Positions 50,900 to 63,178 of a DNA stretch of 64,000 bases are shown in pieces; the first letter of the stretch is position 1, and each line of letters opens with the position of its first letter. Below the pieces are notes generated by a model. The model ran no database searches, was not told the origin of the DNA, and was given only the letters and a program-made list of their open reading frames with translations. This DNA comes from Rhodosorus marinus CCMP1338 (Eukaryota > Plantae > Rhodophyta). The stretch covers positions 620,001 to 684,000 of the forward strand of contig JAMWBK010000009.1 of the NCBI GenBank assembly GCA_029953675.1, given 5' to 3'. The position numbers and the translations under genes are program-made.

Positions 50900-53800
50900 C
50901 AACAATCATGGGTTCATTTCTGGGTGATCCCTTTTTCAGACGTCTGCGCCCCACCGTTGGAACTTCTTTCCTATAGGTCTCGGCTTTGGAACCTTGCTGA
51001 GTTCCGTCGATGTACTCTCAATCCAACTTGGCCTGCTAAGCAGCGCTTGTCTTACTTGCTGCTTCCAGGAAGTTACACGTTTCCCACCGCCAATATTGTT
51101 CTTGTAAAATCCTATCCCGAGCATTTCAGCACATTCTCATTGAGCTTTGTGTTCTGGTGCTCGCAAGAGACTGGTTGCCCTCGTCCCTACCTGAGTCAAC
51201 CAACGGCAGCGGATTTAAGAGAGTTTCCAGAACCGCGTTGGAATCCACGTCTTTGTGGAATAGTCTCTCTTTGGTAAAGTCCTTCACAGTACGCAAACGA
51301 ACTGGTTTTCCCTCTGGCGTTCGTGTGTACGCCGTGCGGGACCTCATCGCGCTTACCTCGTCGATGTGCTTTAGACCGTGCTTGAGTACCAGCGTCATCA
51401 GTGCGCTTACGCGAAGGTAGACACCAACCAAACGTCGGACCTCGTACCGATTCTCGCAGGGAGCATACAGTTTGTCAATTTCATCCTGGAGTATTCTGAA
51501 CCATCCAACAATAACATGATCTTCGTATTTGGTCATCCATTCCACCCCGGTTGGGCCTCCGTCTTTCCACATCCCCAGATACTCAAGGGTGGGCTCCAAC
51601 AAAAGCTCCACAGGCGCGAGGAAGTTTATCTGGGGCGCCAAGTACACTCGTTCATCGATGACCTCCGTCCCGTCCAGCTCTTCATCAAATTCCCAACTAC
51701 TGTCCTCCTTCCAATCTCCGGCTCGATTCTTCCATTCAAAGATTGCTTGCCTCGCCCGATCGACAGCCTCCTGTACTTCCAGAGGAATCTGAAAGTAGAA
51801 AACGGATGTCCAGAAGAAGGGATCTTGTAAAGATCAGCTGACTCTGTATGCGGCATACTCCTCAGCTTGACTGCGACGCTATTCCGATTCCTTACCTTTC
51901 CCCAATCGACGTTTTTTTCCATCGCGTCGACGAAACCTAACAAGTTGTCACGAACCAAGTTTTCCAGTTCGGGATCAATTCTCCCAAAGATCTGCTGGTC
52001 GCTTAAGCGTTCAGCAACGTCCGCAGGGCCTCGGAGTTTCTTCGGCATGTCCATGAACATAAGATCTAATTGGGTCCTCGAGAATGTCAGCAAAAGGTGC
52101 TGTAGAGGAAACAGAAGATGGGATAAGCCTTTTACGCATACCTGACCTATAGCCGCCTAAACTCTCTGTACCATCGCCGTTCACAATCCTGTCCACCTCC
52201 AGTCTAAAGCGTTCTTCGTGGTCCAAACCAGGAATCCAGTCAGCGTCAGTGGATGTGCGTGGGTTGGATATCTCATCCTTCCCACCAGTGTGACGGGATA
52301 CAGAATTTACGAGTGCTCTCGTCAGCGACCATTTTGTCTGGTTTCGAAGAGCAGAGCAGCCACATCTAGTTTAGAGACTAGGTCCTGGGCCTTATTTGAT
52401 GACTCCCGGAAGCAGAAGCCTTCTGTATCACCTACCAGAGAGTTCAGCATAGTGTTCACGCCAAACTTTCGATCGGATTGAAGAAGCCGATGGGAGCGCA
52501 ACCGCCTCTGACTTGATTCCTTGGCTTTCCGTCTCCAGCTTTGCTCTTCCACGTTGTGAACCATCGTATACAGAATAACGTTGTTGAACATGATCGAATC
52601 ACTCTGGATGTGATGCGTCTCTGGCAGTCTACAACCTAAGCGCAAAGCCTCAGCAAGGAACCAGAGGCCGGTTCAGTTCAACCCGGGGAACGAATCGAAG
52701 TATGGCGTTTCCCACCTTGTAGACCCAAATTGAAGGTAAGAAAGTCATTGATGTCATCGCGGAAACCTATCGCAAGGCTTTGATGCCCAGCGATGCCCGC
52801 GAGGATCTCGTCTCCCGTTCGAACGTATCGGATTCGGACAAACTCAGATTTCCGTTCGCCAGGTTCGGATGAATTGGTCGCGTCCTTCTCGCAGTACTCG
52901 CCTAGCTTTCGAGCTTCGACATCGACCTGGTGAAGGTATATATTGCGCAGCAGTCGCGCGAGGCCATTTCCTCTGATCTCGTCCGTGCACAGTCCTTTTC
53001 TTACGTAGTCGAGCAGCATGGCTGTGACTAACTCGTCGTGAATCACAGTTCCTAAAAAGCACCAACGAGACGATCGGGTGTTATCCTCTCGGAAGTTTCC
53101 GCATTCTCTTCACGCAGACGGAGAGCCGGGCAGATCATGTCTTCCGCAACCGCGCGAGCAAAGCGTTATGCTCACGAAAGGCAGGCGGATGAACACTGTG
53201 TCAATGGTACTGGAGACTGGGGACGTAGTAAAAAGTCAACTCCTCAGCCGCATAGGCTGCATGAGACATGTCATTTTGACAGACCACTGGCCAAGAGTTG
53301 AGTTCTGAATACGTGCTCCTCACGTACAAATGACCGTTGCGTTCGTATCCAACTTGAACTCTGAGCTGGACGTAACCCCATGGTTCGCGAGGGGATTCTT
53401 ACCCAGTGCAGATTCTAAGACAGACTCCTTCATGTCACGGAAGAAGTGAGATGACAAATTCCACTTGATCATCCAGTACACTCCGGTCCAAGAATGCCTG
53501 ATCTGGAAAAGCCCGGCATGGGTACCATAACCTGGTCTGTCACCGCACGAAGTATCCTCAAAAGTGGGGTCGAAGATCCCGCAGAGGACCTGGGCGGGAA
53601 CAGCAAGAACGATGCAATATCTTGAGCTCTCCATTCTGGAGCACGCGAGTCTCCAACGGGGTCCATTCAGGGGGTTGCTTCTCCATATTATTGCTTTGAA
53701 CATGAGATTACCTCTCGAAGAGCCTCAGCGACAACCAAATCCTCGTGTTCAATGACAGCTTCTTCCAAGAAGTCATAGTCAGAAAGGTCAAGAACGGATG

Positions 53801-54524
53801 GTACCTGGATCAAGCTGGGTTCAGAGAATTCGTAGCCGCCGCTTTGTATCCTTTCTGAAAGCTTGAGAAGCTTCTTCTCAAGGGATAGAAGTGCTGCTTC
53901 ATCCAATACCTTGCTATAGAACAGGAAGTCATTTCAACATGAGCGTAGAATCATTCTTCTAAGCAGAGATCCAGCAGACTTACTCCTCTCTCAGCTTGAG
54001 GCGCTCTAAAGCTCTTTTCAAGGCTTGCTCATCCAACTGTGATAGAACATTTGCATACTTTCCATTGTCCAGTAGAGTGTAGTCGTATGGGTACCTTGGC
54101 TCTTCAGGCAACGCTTCCTTTAACTTTGAGAATTCCAGCTCCCGGGCGCGATTCTTTCTCTCAACTTGCTTCCAGTTCTCAACGAGCAGCTCGAGATCCT
54201 CGCTTAAGAGAAAAAAACGTTTGAAACGAAACAGAGAGTAGTTCCTGTTTAAGGGTCTCGGTCTCGTTGTTGGATGATCGGATCCGCAAATCTCGAGAAC
54301 GAGAAAAATAAATATACCAACCTCACTCGCTCCCGAGCTTCACGAGAAGCATTTGGTACCCGAATCCTTCCAGCCAAAGCCTCGATGGATTCAGGGAGCG
54401 GAATCTGCTTTGGTGCTGGTTCTAGAACACGTCGTTGATATGGTCTAGCGGGTGTTTTTGAGCTTCCGCGTGATATCTGACTCAATCCTCGGACCAGACG
54501 AGGCAACCGAGTTCCAGTTCTCAT
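50900..54524 (-). CDS. Nucleus-encoded group II intron maturase (RT0-7 plus domain X), split by about 8 or more spliceosomal introns; 3' end approximate
   Basis: NGKYANVL (RT0); LLKLSERIQSGGYEF; ALRE|VLCGIFDPTFEDTSCGDRPGYGTHAGLFQIRHSW (RT2); LARLLRNIYLHQVD; IRYVRTGDEILAGIAG (RT5, YADD lost); domain X INFLAP..IVGWF..YLRVSALMTLVLKH. In-frame GT-AG introns at 53983-53914, 53711-53590 and 51895-51789. Confidence 0.85.
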
Positions 54525-55289
54525 TAGACGACGTTGCCTTTAACGCCTCATCACAAAAATCTGCAGATCCTACGCGAGACACTCTGCAATGGGGGGAATG
54601 AAGAGCACAGTGCTTTTTTTTTTTTGCTGACGTGCAGCCGATAAGCAGAATTCTTCATCCTCTTCTTTCCCGTCCTTCATTCCATGCCAATGCCGTCATC
54701 GATCTGAAGAACCCTGAGCCTATATCAAAACTCGTTGCCTTCCCAATCACTTTCAAAAACTATCTCCAACAGACCCAGATTACTTGTCACTTCCTGTCAC
54801 CAACTTTCCGCTCGGTCAGTCATTCTCGATGAGCACTCTCTTTACTACGCGCCATGGTTTCAACAGTACGCTACCCACAAGGCGGAGAATTCGTGTAAAG
54901 AGATCGGCTGGGGTAAAACCAGACTAGAGGTTCAGCTGTACAACGCATCCCAAAGCGAAAACTTGACTCCTAATGAGCACGAAGAAGTAACCCTTGTCTG
55001 CTAACTATTGTGTTGTGGAGAGTTGAGAGGTGTTGGCCAAAGCGGGTAGATGTTTTAAGGGGCATTGAAAGACAATAAGACAATAGCGAGGAGAGGAGTC
55101 AAACACCTCTTTACTGAGTTTGAAGCTCCAAACCAAAACTAGAGGCGCAGTCTTACACAGTACATCCCAAACCGAACACTCTGCTCCTCTTGAACATGGA
55201 TAGAAGGGCACCGAAGTCTCTGAAAAGGGTTGTGTGGAGGCTTGAGAGGAGGTGATAGTAAAGGGGGTAGATGCTTTGCTAGCAAAATC

Positions 55290-55700
55290 TCAGTACAGTG
55301 TATCATCCGCAGACGGATGGGCAGACTGAGCGTATGAACCAGACCTTGGAGACTTACCTACGACGCAACTCAACAACGAGTTGGGCGGAAGACCTTCCTG
55401 TAGCAGAATTGGCATGCAACCGGCAGATTTCGGAGGCAACCCAAGTTTCTCCGTTTGAGCTGCTCTATGGGAAGAATCCGGCCTTACCACATGACCTCAA
55501 CTTATCTGACAACAGCAATACCAGGACTCCATTACCCGAAGCGGCAAAAATACTTCTACGACGTCAGAAAGACCAACAAGCCTTAGTCCAGGGTAGCCTA
55601 CGCTATGCCCAAGAACGCCAACGCTTCCACTATGATCGAGGAAAGAAGGACCTTCACTTCAACGCGTGGACTGGTTACTGGATTCACAGCGAAAAAAAAG
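55290..55700 (+). mobile_element. Ty3/gypsy integrase C-terminal remnant
   Basis: YHPQTDGQTERMNQTLETYLR..W..LP.AE...SPFELLYG. Confidence 0.9.
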
Positions 55701-55724
55701 AAGAAAAGACCGATAGTTCAGTTA

Positions 55725-55976
55725 TCACTTCAAACCGGGTGAATATGTGCTTCTGTCAACACAAAAAACACACTTCTTGCAGTACAATTTGTGTTCTCGT
55801 ACTTTTGTGAAGACGAGATCCAGGTGCTTCCAATGCGCGTTCAGGTTCGGGGAGTAGACTATAATGTCATGAAAAAAGATGCAACAAAAACCCCTAGCTC
55901 CTCGAAAAATGAGTCTTTCAGAAGTCTGGTAAATACCGTCGATGCATTTGTGAGGCCAAACGGCATAACGAGCCAT
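55725..55976 (-). mobile_element. Ty3/gypsy reverse transcriptase remnant (opposite orientation to the adjacent integrase piece)
   Basis: FFHDIIVYSPNLNAHWKHLDLVF...LYCKKCVF resembles YLDDILIYS...H..HL..V...L...KC.F. Confidence 0.75.
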
Positions 55977-56315
55977 TCATACAGTCATGTTCGCAGTGTC
56001 TGGTGATGTCTTGGTGTTCGCGATTGTGGTGGCTGAGTATGACGCCATTCGCGTATACGGGCCATGTGGGATGGGGACTATACGAGCTTCAACAACTCGT
56101 TCGTTGGCCAAGAGATTCGGAAGGGAGATTGCTACAGGGCATCCAATCCGGATCCGGTGAAACCATCACAGGTTTTCGTTCGGTCACCTTACCAGAACTA
56201 TGCTCAACTTGTTGATAGGTGGACAAGGCACGGCTGGGTTTGCACTTGATACTTGATGTTTGAAACAATACTATTCAAGAAATAATGAAAAGGAAACCGA
56301 AACAGGGCTTGAAAG

Positions 56316-57478
56316 TCAGATTCCAGACGTGATCCCTTCCTCTCCTCGGGAAACTGCCCATGGCATGTGAGGAGTTGTAAACTCGTGAGCCACCGAACCG
56401 TCAGGACCGATAATGATTAGCCCGCCTTCACCTCCAGTTTTGGATTTCATTTCTCGAAGGGCTGCGGAAGCTGCCTCCTTTGGCGCCATCCCGTTTTCCA
56501 TATTGAAGAGCGCCCTTCGGGACAGGACAAGCTGGACAGAATCGACGTGAAAACAACTAGTCAGAAACGCCAGCAATGCTAATCACCCGTTTGGTGTGCT
56601 TACCTTCATGATGCTTTCTCCATGACCAGTTGTCGACGCTGCGCCCAGACCATCCTCGCAGTATGCACCGCATCCGATCAACGGGGAATCACCCACTCTT
56701 CCCACTCTCTTGCGAGTAATTCCTCCTGTGCTCGTACCGCATGCGAAGTGGCCGTCTCGAGTGAGGACAACGCAACCGACTGTATCGTGTGAATGTCCCA
56801 TGAAGTGATCGGCGATTACACTCTCATAGCTGTCATGCCTGCAGTAGGGAGTCAAAAACATGAATTAGATCTCTCCCACCACAGCAAAACTTGAACTTTG
56901 AGAGAACGGCTGCTCACTTCTCCCAGTCTCGTACGGCATCCTCGCTCACAAGCTTCTCGGGATCCACTTCAGGGACTCCCATTTCCCTCGCGAACTTATC
57001 TGCACCTTCGCCAACAAGAAGACAGTGACTTGTATCCAAAACCATTCTCGCCAATGAAACTGGGTTTCTGATATTCTTTACCGCGGCAACGGCTCCTGAA
57101 GAAACGAACAGGGTCAACAATCACTTAGCGTCACAGTGTACACACGCTATAGCACAATGGAGACCCACGAAAAGCTCCAGAGGGGGAGTGCTTACCTGTC
57201 TTCAGGGTACTTCCGTCCATAAGAATAGCGTCCATTTCAACGCTCCTGTCCGCAGTCAAACAGGAGCCCGTGCCCGCGTCGAAGCATGGATCGTCCTCCA
57301 ATACCTTGACCGCCGCCTCTACAGCCGCCAGCGCATCATTCGGGCTCTTCCGCAAGGACTCCATACCGGCAGCCACGGCCCTCCTCGCTCCCTCCTCGGA
57401 TCCAGCTCGAAGTCTTTCGGGAATATTCCACGCGCCACCGTGTACCACAACCACAGGCAAATACCCACTCGCTCCCAT
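56316..57478 (-). CDS. Isoaspartyl peptidase/L-asparaginase (Ntn hydrolase, type 2 asparaginase), 4 exons
   Basis: [25 protein letters not shown], nucleophile [36 protein letters not shown]. Confidence 0.95.
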
Positions 57479-58599
57479 CTCTCACTAAGCAAAACAGCCA
57501 AAAAAACAAAAAGAAAACACTCCCCTCCACCCCCCCAAAAAAATCAAAAAACCAACCAAACACACACAACAAAAAAAAAAGCAGTAAAAAAATCTTAAAA
57601 CAGACAAAAAACACCCAAACACTTTTTTTTGTTTATTACCACCAACCTACAAGACACATCCATTCAACAGATTCATCATCCTCTCCCAAACCCTCGCACC
57701 CTTTCCCACTCCATCTCCCTCCCCTTAATAACTATCCCGTCCCCCGCCTCCCTCGGTCCCTCGCTCCCCCGCTCTCGTCCGCGAAAACTTGCGACTCTGC
57801 TTCCCAATTGAATGAATTTATTTCCCAATTAGGGTTTTTGCAGCTGCTCCATTCAAAAGGAAAAAAAATCCATCTTAATAACAAATACGCATATAAAATT
57901 ACTTAAATTAATGTATTATGTTAAAATATTGTGAAATGAGAGTATTTCGACGGTTGCGGATCGATGGCAGCCTCGGGAAGTGCTGTTTTTTCTTTTTTTT
58001 GGGTGGTGGTGGTGGTGATTGATTAAGTGTGTGGGAGAATGGGAGTGGGTGAGAGAAAGGGGTCGGATCGCCGCTGATTTGCTGCTTTTGGATGATTGTT
58101 GGAAGACGCGGTGGAAGAGGGCAACTCTGTTTGGATGGATCAATCGGATTTAGGAATATTCATGTAAACTTTACTGGGCCTAATGCAGCCCAACACTAGT
58201 TCTATCACTGCCTGGGGAAAATCAGCCCAGAAGATCGTTGCTGTATCACGGTAGCGCTACCTGCCTTTGGTTGTTTAGACGGTGTGTTGCTTTCTCGCTG
58301 GCTTCTTTGTGTGTTTCGCAAATGCCGCCGGCAGCCTTGACAGCCTCGTCACGGAGCTGCGGCTCGCTCTCTGGTGTTTGAACGCTGCTTTGTTGTCGGA
58401 GCGCGCATCAGCAACCCCCTCTACGCTCCTCAGGGTAGATAGGTTCTGAGTATACTGATTAATATCAACAAGCGTTAAGGAAATAATTGGCTATTGTTTC
58501 GCTAGGGAACTGACGGATCTGTGATAAGCCAATCGTTTCCATATCCTCACAGGCAGTCGCTACGGCGGAATCAGATGTACCGTAGGCTAAGTGAAAGGT

Positions 58600-58980
58600 C
58601 CGTCGTCTCCCGTACAGCATCTCACTCCAGCATTCCATCCGTGTTCAGATGCACTCCTGTAACCATTCCATCGCCAGGGTATAGCACCACTCGATTGCGC
58701 CTCAGTTATGGAAGACCTGGAATAGTATCTGTGCCTCTTTCGGTAACTCTAATTGCCTCGTGGACGTCTGTGGTGCAAGTTCTACCTGCACCCCTCACCC
58801 CCACAACAACAAAATCGTTGAAAGCAGACTTCACAGTCTCCTTTGTGCCTGTCAGCGCTAGTCCCAATCTTTGGGCCACCACCTCTAGCAGAACGTTTTC
58901 CTGAGCTCCACCATCGACTACCATCGTCATTCGTTGTTCCCCCATTGCCGGAAGCTGTATAAGGGTTGACAAATATCCCA
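58600..58980 (-). mobile_element. Ty3/gypsy aspartic protease remnant
   Basis: MVVDGGAQENVL..VAQRLGL resembles the retropepsin L.DSGA..N.I....A..LGL; stops and frameshifts follow. Confidence 0.65.
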
Positions 58981-59683
58981 GAGCCCAGAGCCGGAGGGAG
59001 TCCGTGAGTCCGTGCGTCCGTCAACAAAAATACCGACGGGGGACATCCGAAAAGAGCTGTTCACCCGCTCCACAAAACTCCACAAGAGTGTCCCTCAAGC
59101 ACATCCCTCAACTAAAAACAAAAGTGAGTGAGGTCGAGAGTACTTGCCTATCGCCAGGCGCTAAAATTCTTCGTCAATTTATATTACAAAAGGAAATGGA
59201 AACTGGGCTAGACAGACCGGCCGATCTGACGCTCCGCACCGCTCCGAACGTATTTTCTCTACTATAAAAACAATAATAAACCGATAAAACTATATAGATT
59301 TCAAAAAGAAACTTTTTAGTAAAAAAAAGAAGATATCGGGAAATGGTAGATTTTTAAGGGTTCTCGATTTGGTCTTAGAAAAAAAAAAGGAGGATCGTTT
59401 TCTACGGGATTATATGGTGGAAAGTACGGATATATGAAATATTTGAATAGATTAACTTCTCGAAGTAGTATGTCGGCTACAGGAAACGGCCATGCGTTTT
59501 CCGCCTTGAAAAAGAAAAAAAGCATTTGGATGTCGTTAGGCACCCTCCCTATAGACAAGTGTTTGAATACGAAAGAATTGAATAACAGTATTTTAATTGA
59601 ATAAGAGAATAAAAGATCTTTGGAATCTGGTGGGGTAGGTTGTACTCGAAAAGGCTGACGACCAATGGTTATACCAAAAGTAA

Positions 59684-59822
59684 TAGGGTGCCAAGTGGAT
59701 CGGGTTTTTCGCTGTTTACGAGGTGTAAGTGGTTAAACCCTGGAAAACAAGGGGGTTTAGAGTGGTAAACAGTGAAAAACACGACCTACCCGTCAAAAAC
59801 CCGACCCACTTGGCACAAACCT
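59684..59822. mobile_element. Second, inverted and more diverged copy of the 46825 MITE
   Basis: Same TIR core (gtgccaagtgg.tcgggtttttcgctgtttacga ... cccgacccacttggcac). Internal aagtggttaaaccc..gaaaacaagggggtttag is the reverse complement of the first copy's interior. Confidence 0.78.
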
Positions 59823-61462
59823 TCCAAAACTATCTTGTATTGTAAAATAAATATAATTGGATTGAAGTCGATATGGGGAAAACTATAAACTATACCGTAG
59901 ACAATAGTATAAGGAAACAAGATATAATTGGTTGATAACTTTGGAACTACACTCTGATTTGTTTATCAATTGTTTTCTTGCAGGAAATTTTGGGAATGCA
60001 TGGATACTGATGGGTTGTAGTTGGTGGAAACAATGAAAAAGATTGAATAATAACGAATTTCATTTTTCTGGCAGTGGAATGAAACGAACATGTTTAATCC
60101 GCGGACTGAAAGAAGAAACCGGCGAGGGGAAAAAAACAGACTAGGGCGGCGAAGATGAAGATCCGTTTATTCAGAGGCTAACTACCGCGAAGATCGTGCG
60201 CCTCCAACATCGAAGCAGCGTTCATACGCCACAGAAAGAAACTTAAACGGGATAACAACGAGGACAGACGGTCAGGGAGGGCCTTCGCTGAACAATTCCC
60301 GAAGCCAACGAGAACCAACCGAATCCATAAACCCAAAGCACTCAATTACCAGAGGTACAAGGCGATGAGCCGAAGCACGAATACCTTGGGAAGACAAAGC
60401 CCCCCGCATTTTTCAACTCTTTGCGACGTCTCATACTGGCGGCGGCAAATCCACGGCGCTTTTCTGCAGTGGAATAGGGCTTTGCATATTGACCTCTTTG
60501 TGTGACAGGTCCTCGTCTTTAAGTGGAGTTCTACAGAGGACGATTCGAAAGCCAATGGTTTCATTCAGGATGAAATATCCTACTTTTGAAAATCTAACCC
60601 AAAATACCTACAAGCCCGAACTGACTACCCTCCCTCTTTGGACCTCACCCAACTTTTTTGCCCAGGACATGTCTTCCGAGTGTTGTCGAGTTTTCTAGAT
60701 GCCCATTGCCATCAAATTTTACTCCTGTGCAATTCTGAACCGTGTATGTACAGTACCACTGAGACAGAACACCGTCATCTATGTAAACTGAAGGGTACAC
60801 ACAACATTTGACATTCGGGTCGCTTTACAGGAATCCTCAACGGACAAGCTTCCAAAAGCAAGATCGAGTGTTTCCCTAATACACGTTACCACGTCCATTT
60901 CTAGGCTTCAAATTCATGTTTATCACGACTCCTGACACATGCTCATTGTCACCTGCGTACCATTTGAAATGTGTTGTATCAATAAGACCGATTCTCGGCT
61001 ATACGTCATACAAAACGTCCCATCAGCTGCTCAGCATCCATCCTGCGCTTCCGTTGAGCCATCGGGTTTCGCCGCGATTCCATCGAACGCATCGGATACC
61101 GTCTGTGACACCAAGAGAAACCTCCTCTGCCGTGATTAAATCTCCTCCACATCTACTGCTCCTTTCGGAGCACGTAGATTGAACATTGCCGCGTGCGATC
61201 CTCCATCTCGGCCTTGGTTTGCCGAATAGACGCGTCAAAGGATGAGAGACTTCCTACGTTTTTCCATAATTCAATACGCAAATAAATACTCGTCCTCACT
61301 CACTCTCCGTCCGACCACAATTCTCGTGGAATCGCAAGACCCGCGTCCGTCGTGCGCAAATACATGGGCTGATCTCGAGCATGGCTGTGAGCTCACGATC
61401 AATACTGATACCGACTTTCATGGTTGACTCGTACTCTCCTTCCATGCAACTGGCTGCGCTTA

Positions 61463-63178
61463 CTATGGATCTGGTTCTCCTTTGCGTATATCCGACGTGC
61501 ATTTGCTAACAACCTGCTTAAGTTTCCTCTTGCTTAGAGAAACGCTCCTTACGGAAGCAATGACCTCGTCATTGTTCTCGTACATCGGATACTTTGTCAA
61601 GAGATGCAGGCACTCGTCCTGATTGCACCTGTGAAGACAGCAGGTTAGCATTGTTTATCAGTTACAGAGACAAGAGATCCATCTTCAACCTTATTGCGAC
61701 TTGGCCTGTTCTTCTTGAACTAGTTTTCTCACCGGCATCAAGTTGGCGACGCTTACCTCGTGAAAACCTTAGCGATATGCTTGATCAAACCCAGCGCTAT
61801 TCTGAATATACCAACATCTCCATCCAGCAAAAGTACATCCCAGAGTCGGCACGTCAACTCCAACGGAGTAGTCTTGCTGAAGAGGGACATCACCCAGTTG
61901 ATCATGTACAGATCCGGGTTGACCTTGTGCTGCTTGAAATGGTAGTAGACATCGGGAATCTCCGCTTGCAGTAGAGAGCTGTGGACGTTCATATAGACTC
62001 TCACCTATTGTTTCCAAAAGCACACAAGGGGTTCAACAACAGGAACAAAAAGTGGGTCAACGCAAGGGTTCGGGTTGACTCTTGACTCCTCTGTGCTCAT
62101 CACACGAGACACTTGAACAAAGACCAACCGGCCCCAACCGATATGAAAGAGCTGTCTATAGTGGTTGTTCCATACCTGAGACATTTTCATTACGTAGAAG
62201 TCTCTCAGGATTGTAGTTTCAACAATAGAAGCAAACGCTCGAAACGCAGAGTATGGGTCCATATGCAGTGTAAACATAGCTGCTATGAAGGACATCCCTT
62301 GTGCATAGCCAACCTCTGGACGAAAAAGAGCATATTTTTCAAGTAGACAGCCGAGCTCGTCTCGAGAACTGTGAGAACGGGCGAGAAATCAGAAGAGGCG
62401 CTGTTCAGGAACGGATGATCTATGGGACTCCTTCTCCTGCGTAGGCTATCCTTGTTCTTTTTTTTTTCTGCCGTGGCTGGTTTCGATATGGACTCACTTT
62501 AGATCTCCCTCATGAAGAAACTCGAGGTCCGTAAAAGTTCTCGGAACGTCGAGCGCTATAGAGTTTGATGCGGTGTTTATCCTTGAAACCCCATCTGTAA
62601 CATCACCGTGGGAGTTCCTAAGAAGGTCGGCCTCGTTTTGCGTGACACGCTCCGTCAGAACCTTCTGAAGCTCGTCATTTAGCTGAAGGGGATTCCCCAG
62701 GGATTCACTCCATACTGCTCCACGCAGCACGACAGGAACACCCATAAAGCAAAGCTCACGACGTCGTTTGCTAGATTCTCGATTTTCTTCCGTTTGCCAC
62801 ATTTCCTGTAGCACTTGATCCCTTTGCAGTTGGTCCATTGCAAGTACCGCAGAGATTTCCCTCTTCGCACTGCTCTTTCGCACGCTCAACTTCCGGGAGG
62901 ATGAGCCTCTCTCAAGCTTGGCCTGCACAACTTCACTGGAATCGAGCTTCCCGTTTCCTTGAGTGTTTGCGGAGTTCTTTAGCATTCGGAGCTGGCTTTT
63001 TAAACTCGCCTCAAACTGAGCATTGAGGTTGGAACAGTTACCAATAATCTCCCTGACAGGCTCGGATCGCTTCGCGATCAGAATGTCCTCCAATTTCGTC
63101 ACGCCCGCATCGTGTGGGCCTTGCTCCACGGGCTCCAACATTCTCAACGTGACGCCTAGCGTAGTTGGCGAACTATCC
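61463..63178 (-). CDS. TBC-domain Rab GTPase-activating protein, multi-exon; 5' exons probably extend beyond 63178
   Basis: GVPVVLRGAVW, IALDVPRTF (IxxDxxR arginine finger), YAQGMSFIAA (glutamine finger), WVMSLFS..PLELTCRLWDVLLLDG. Confidence 0.9.

Noticed and set aside
60300-61450. Short ORFs between the MITE and the TBC gene
   Set aside because: No recognisable motifs; unresolved.
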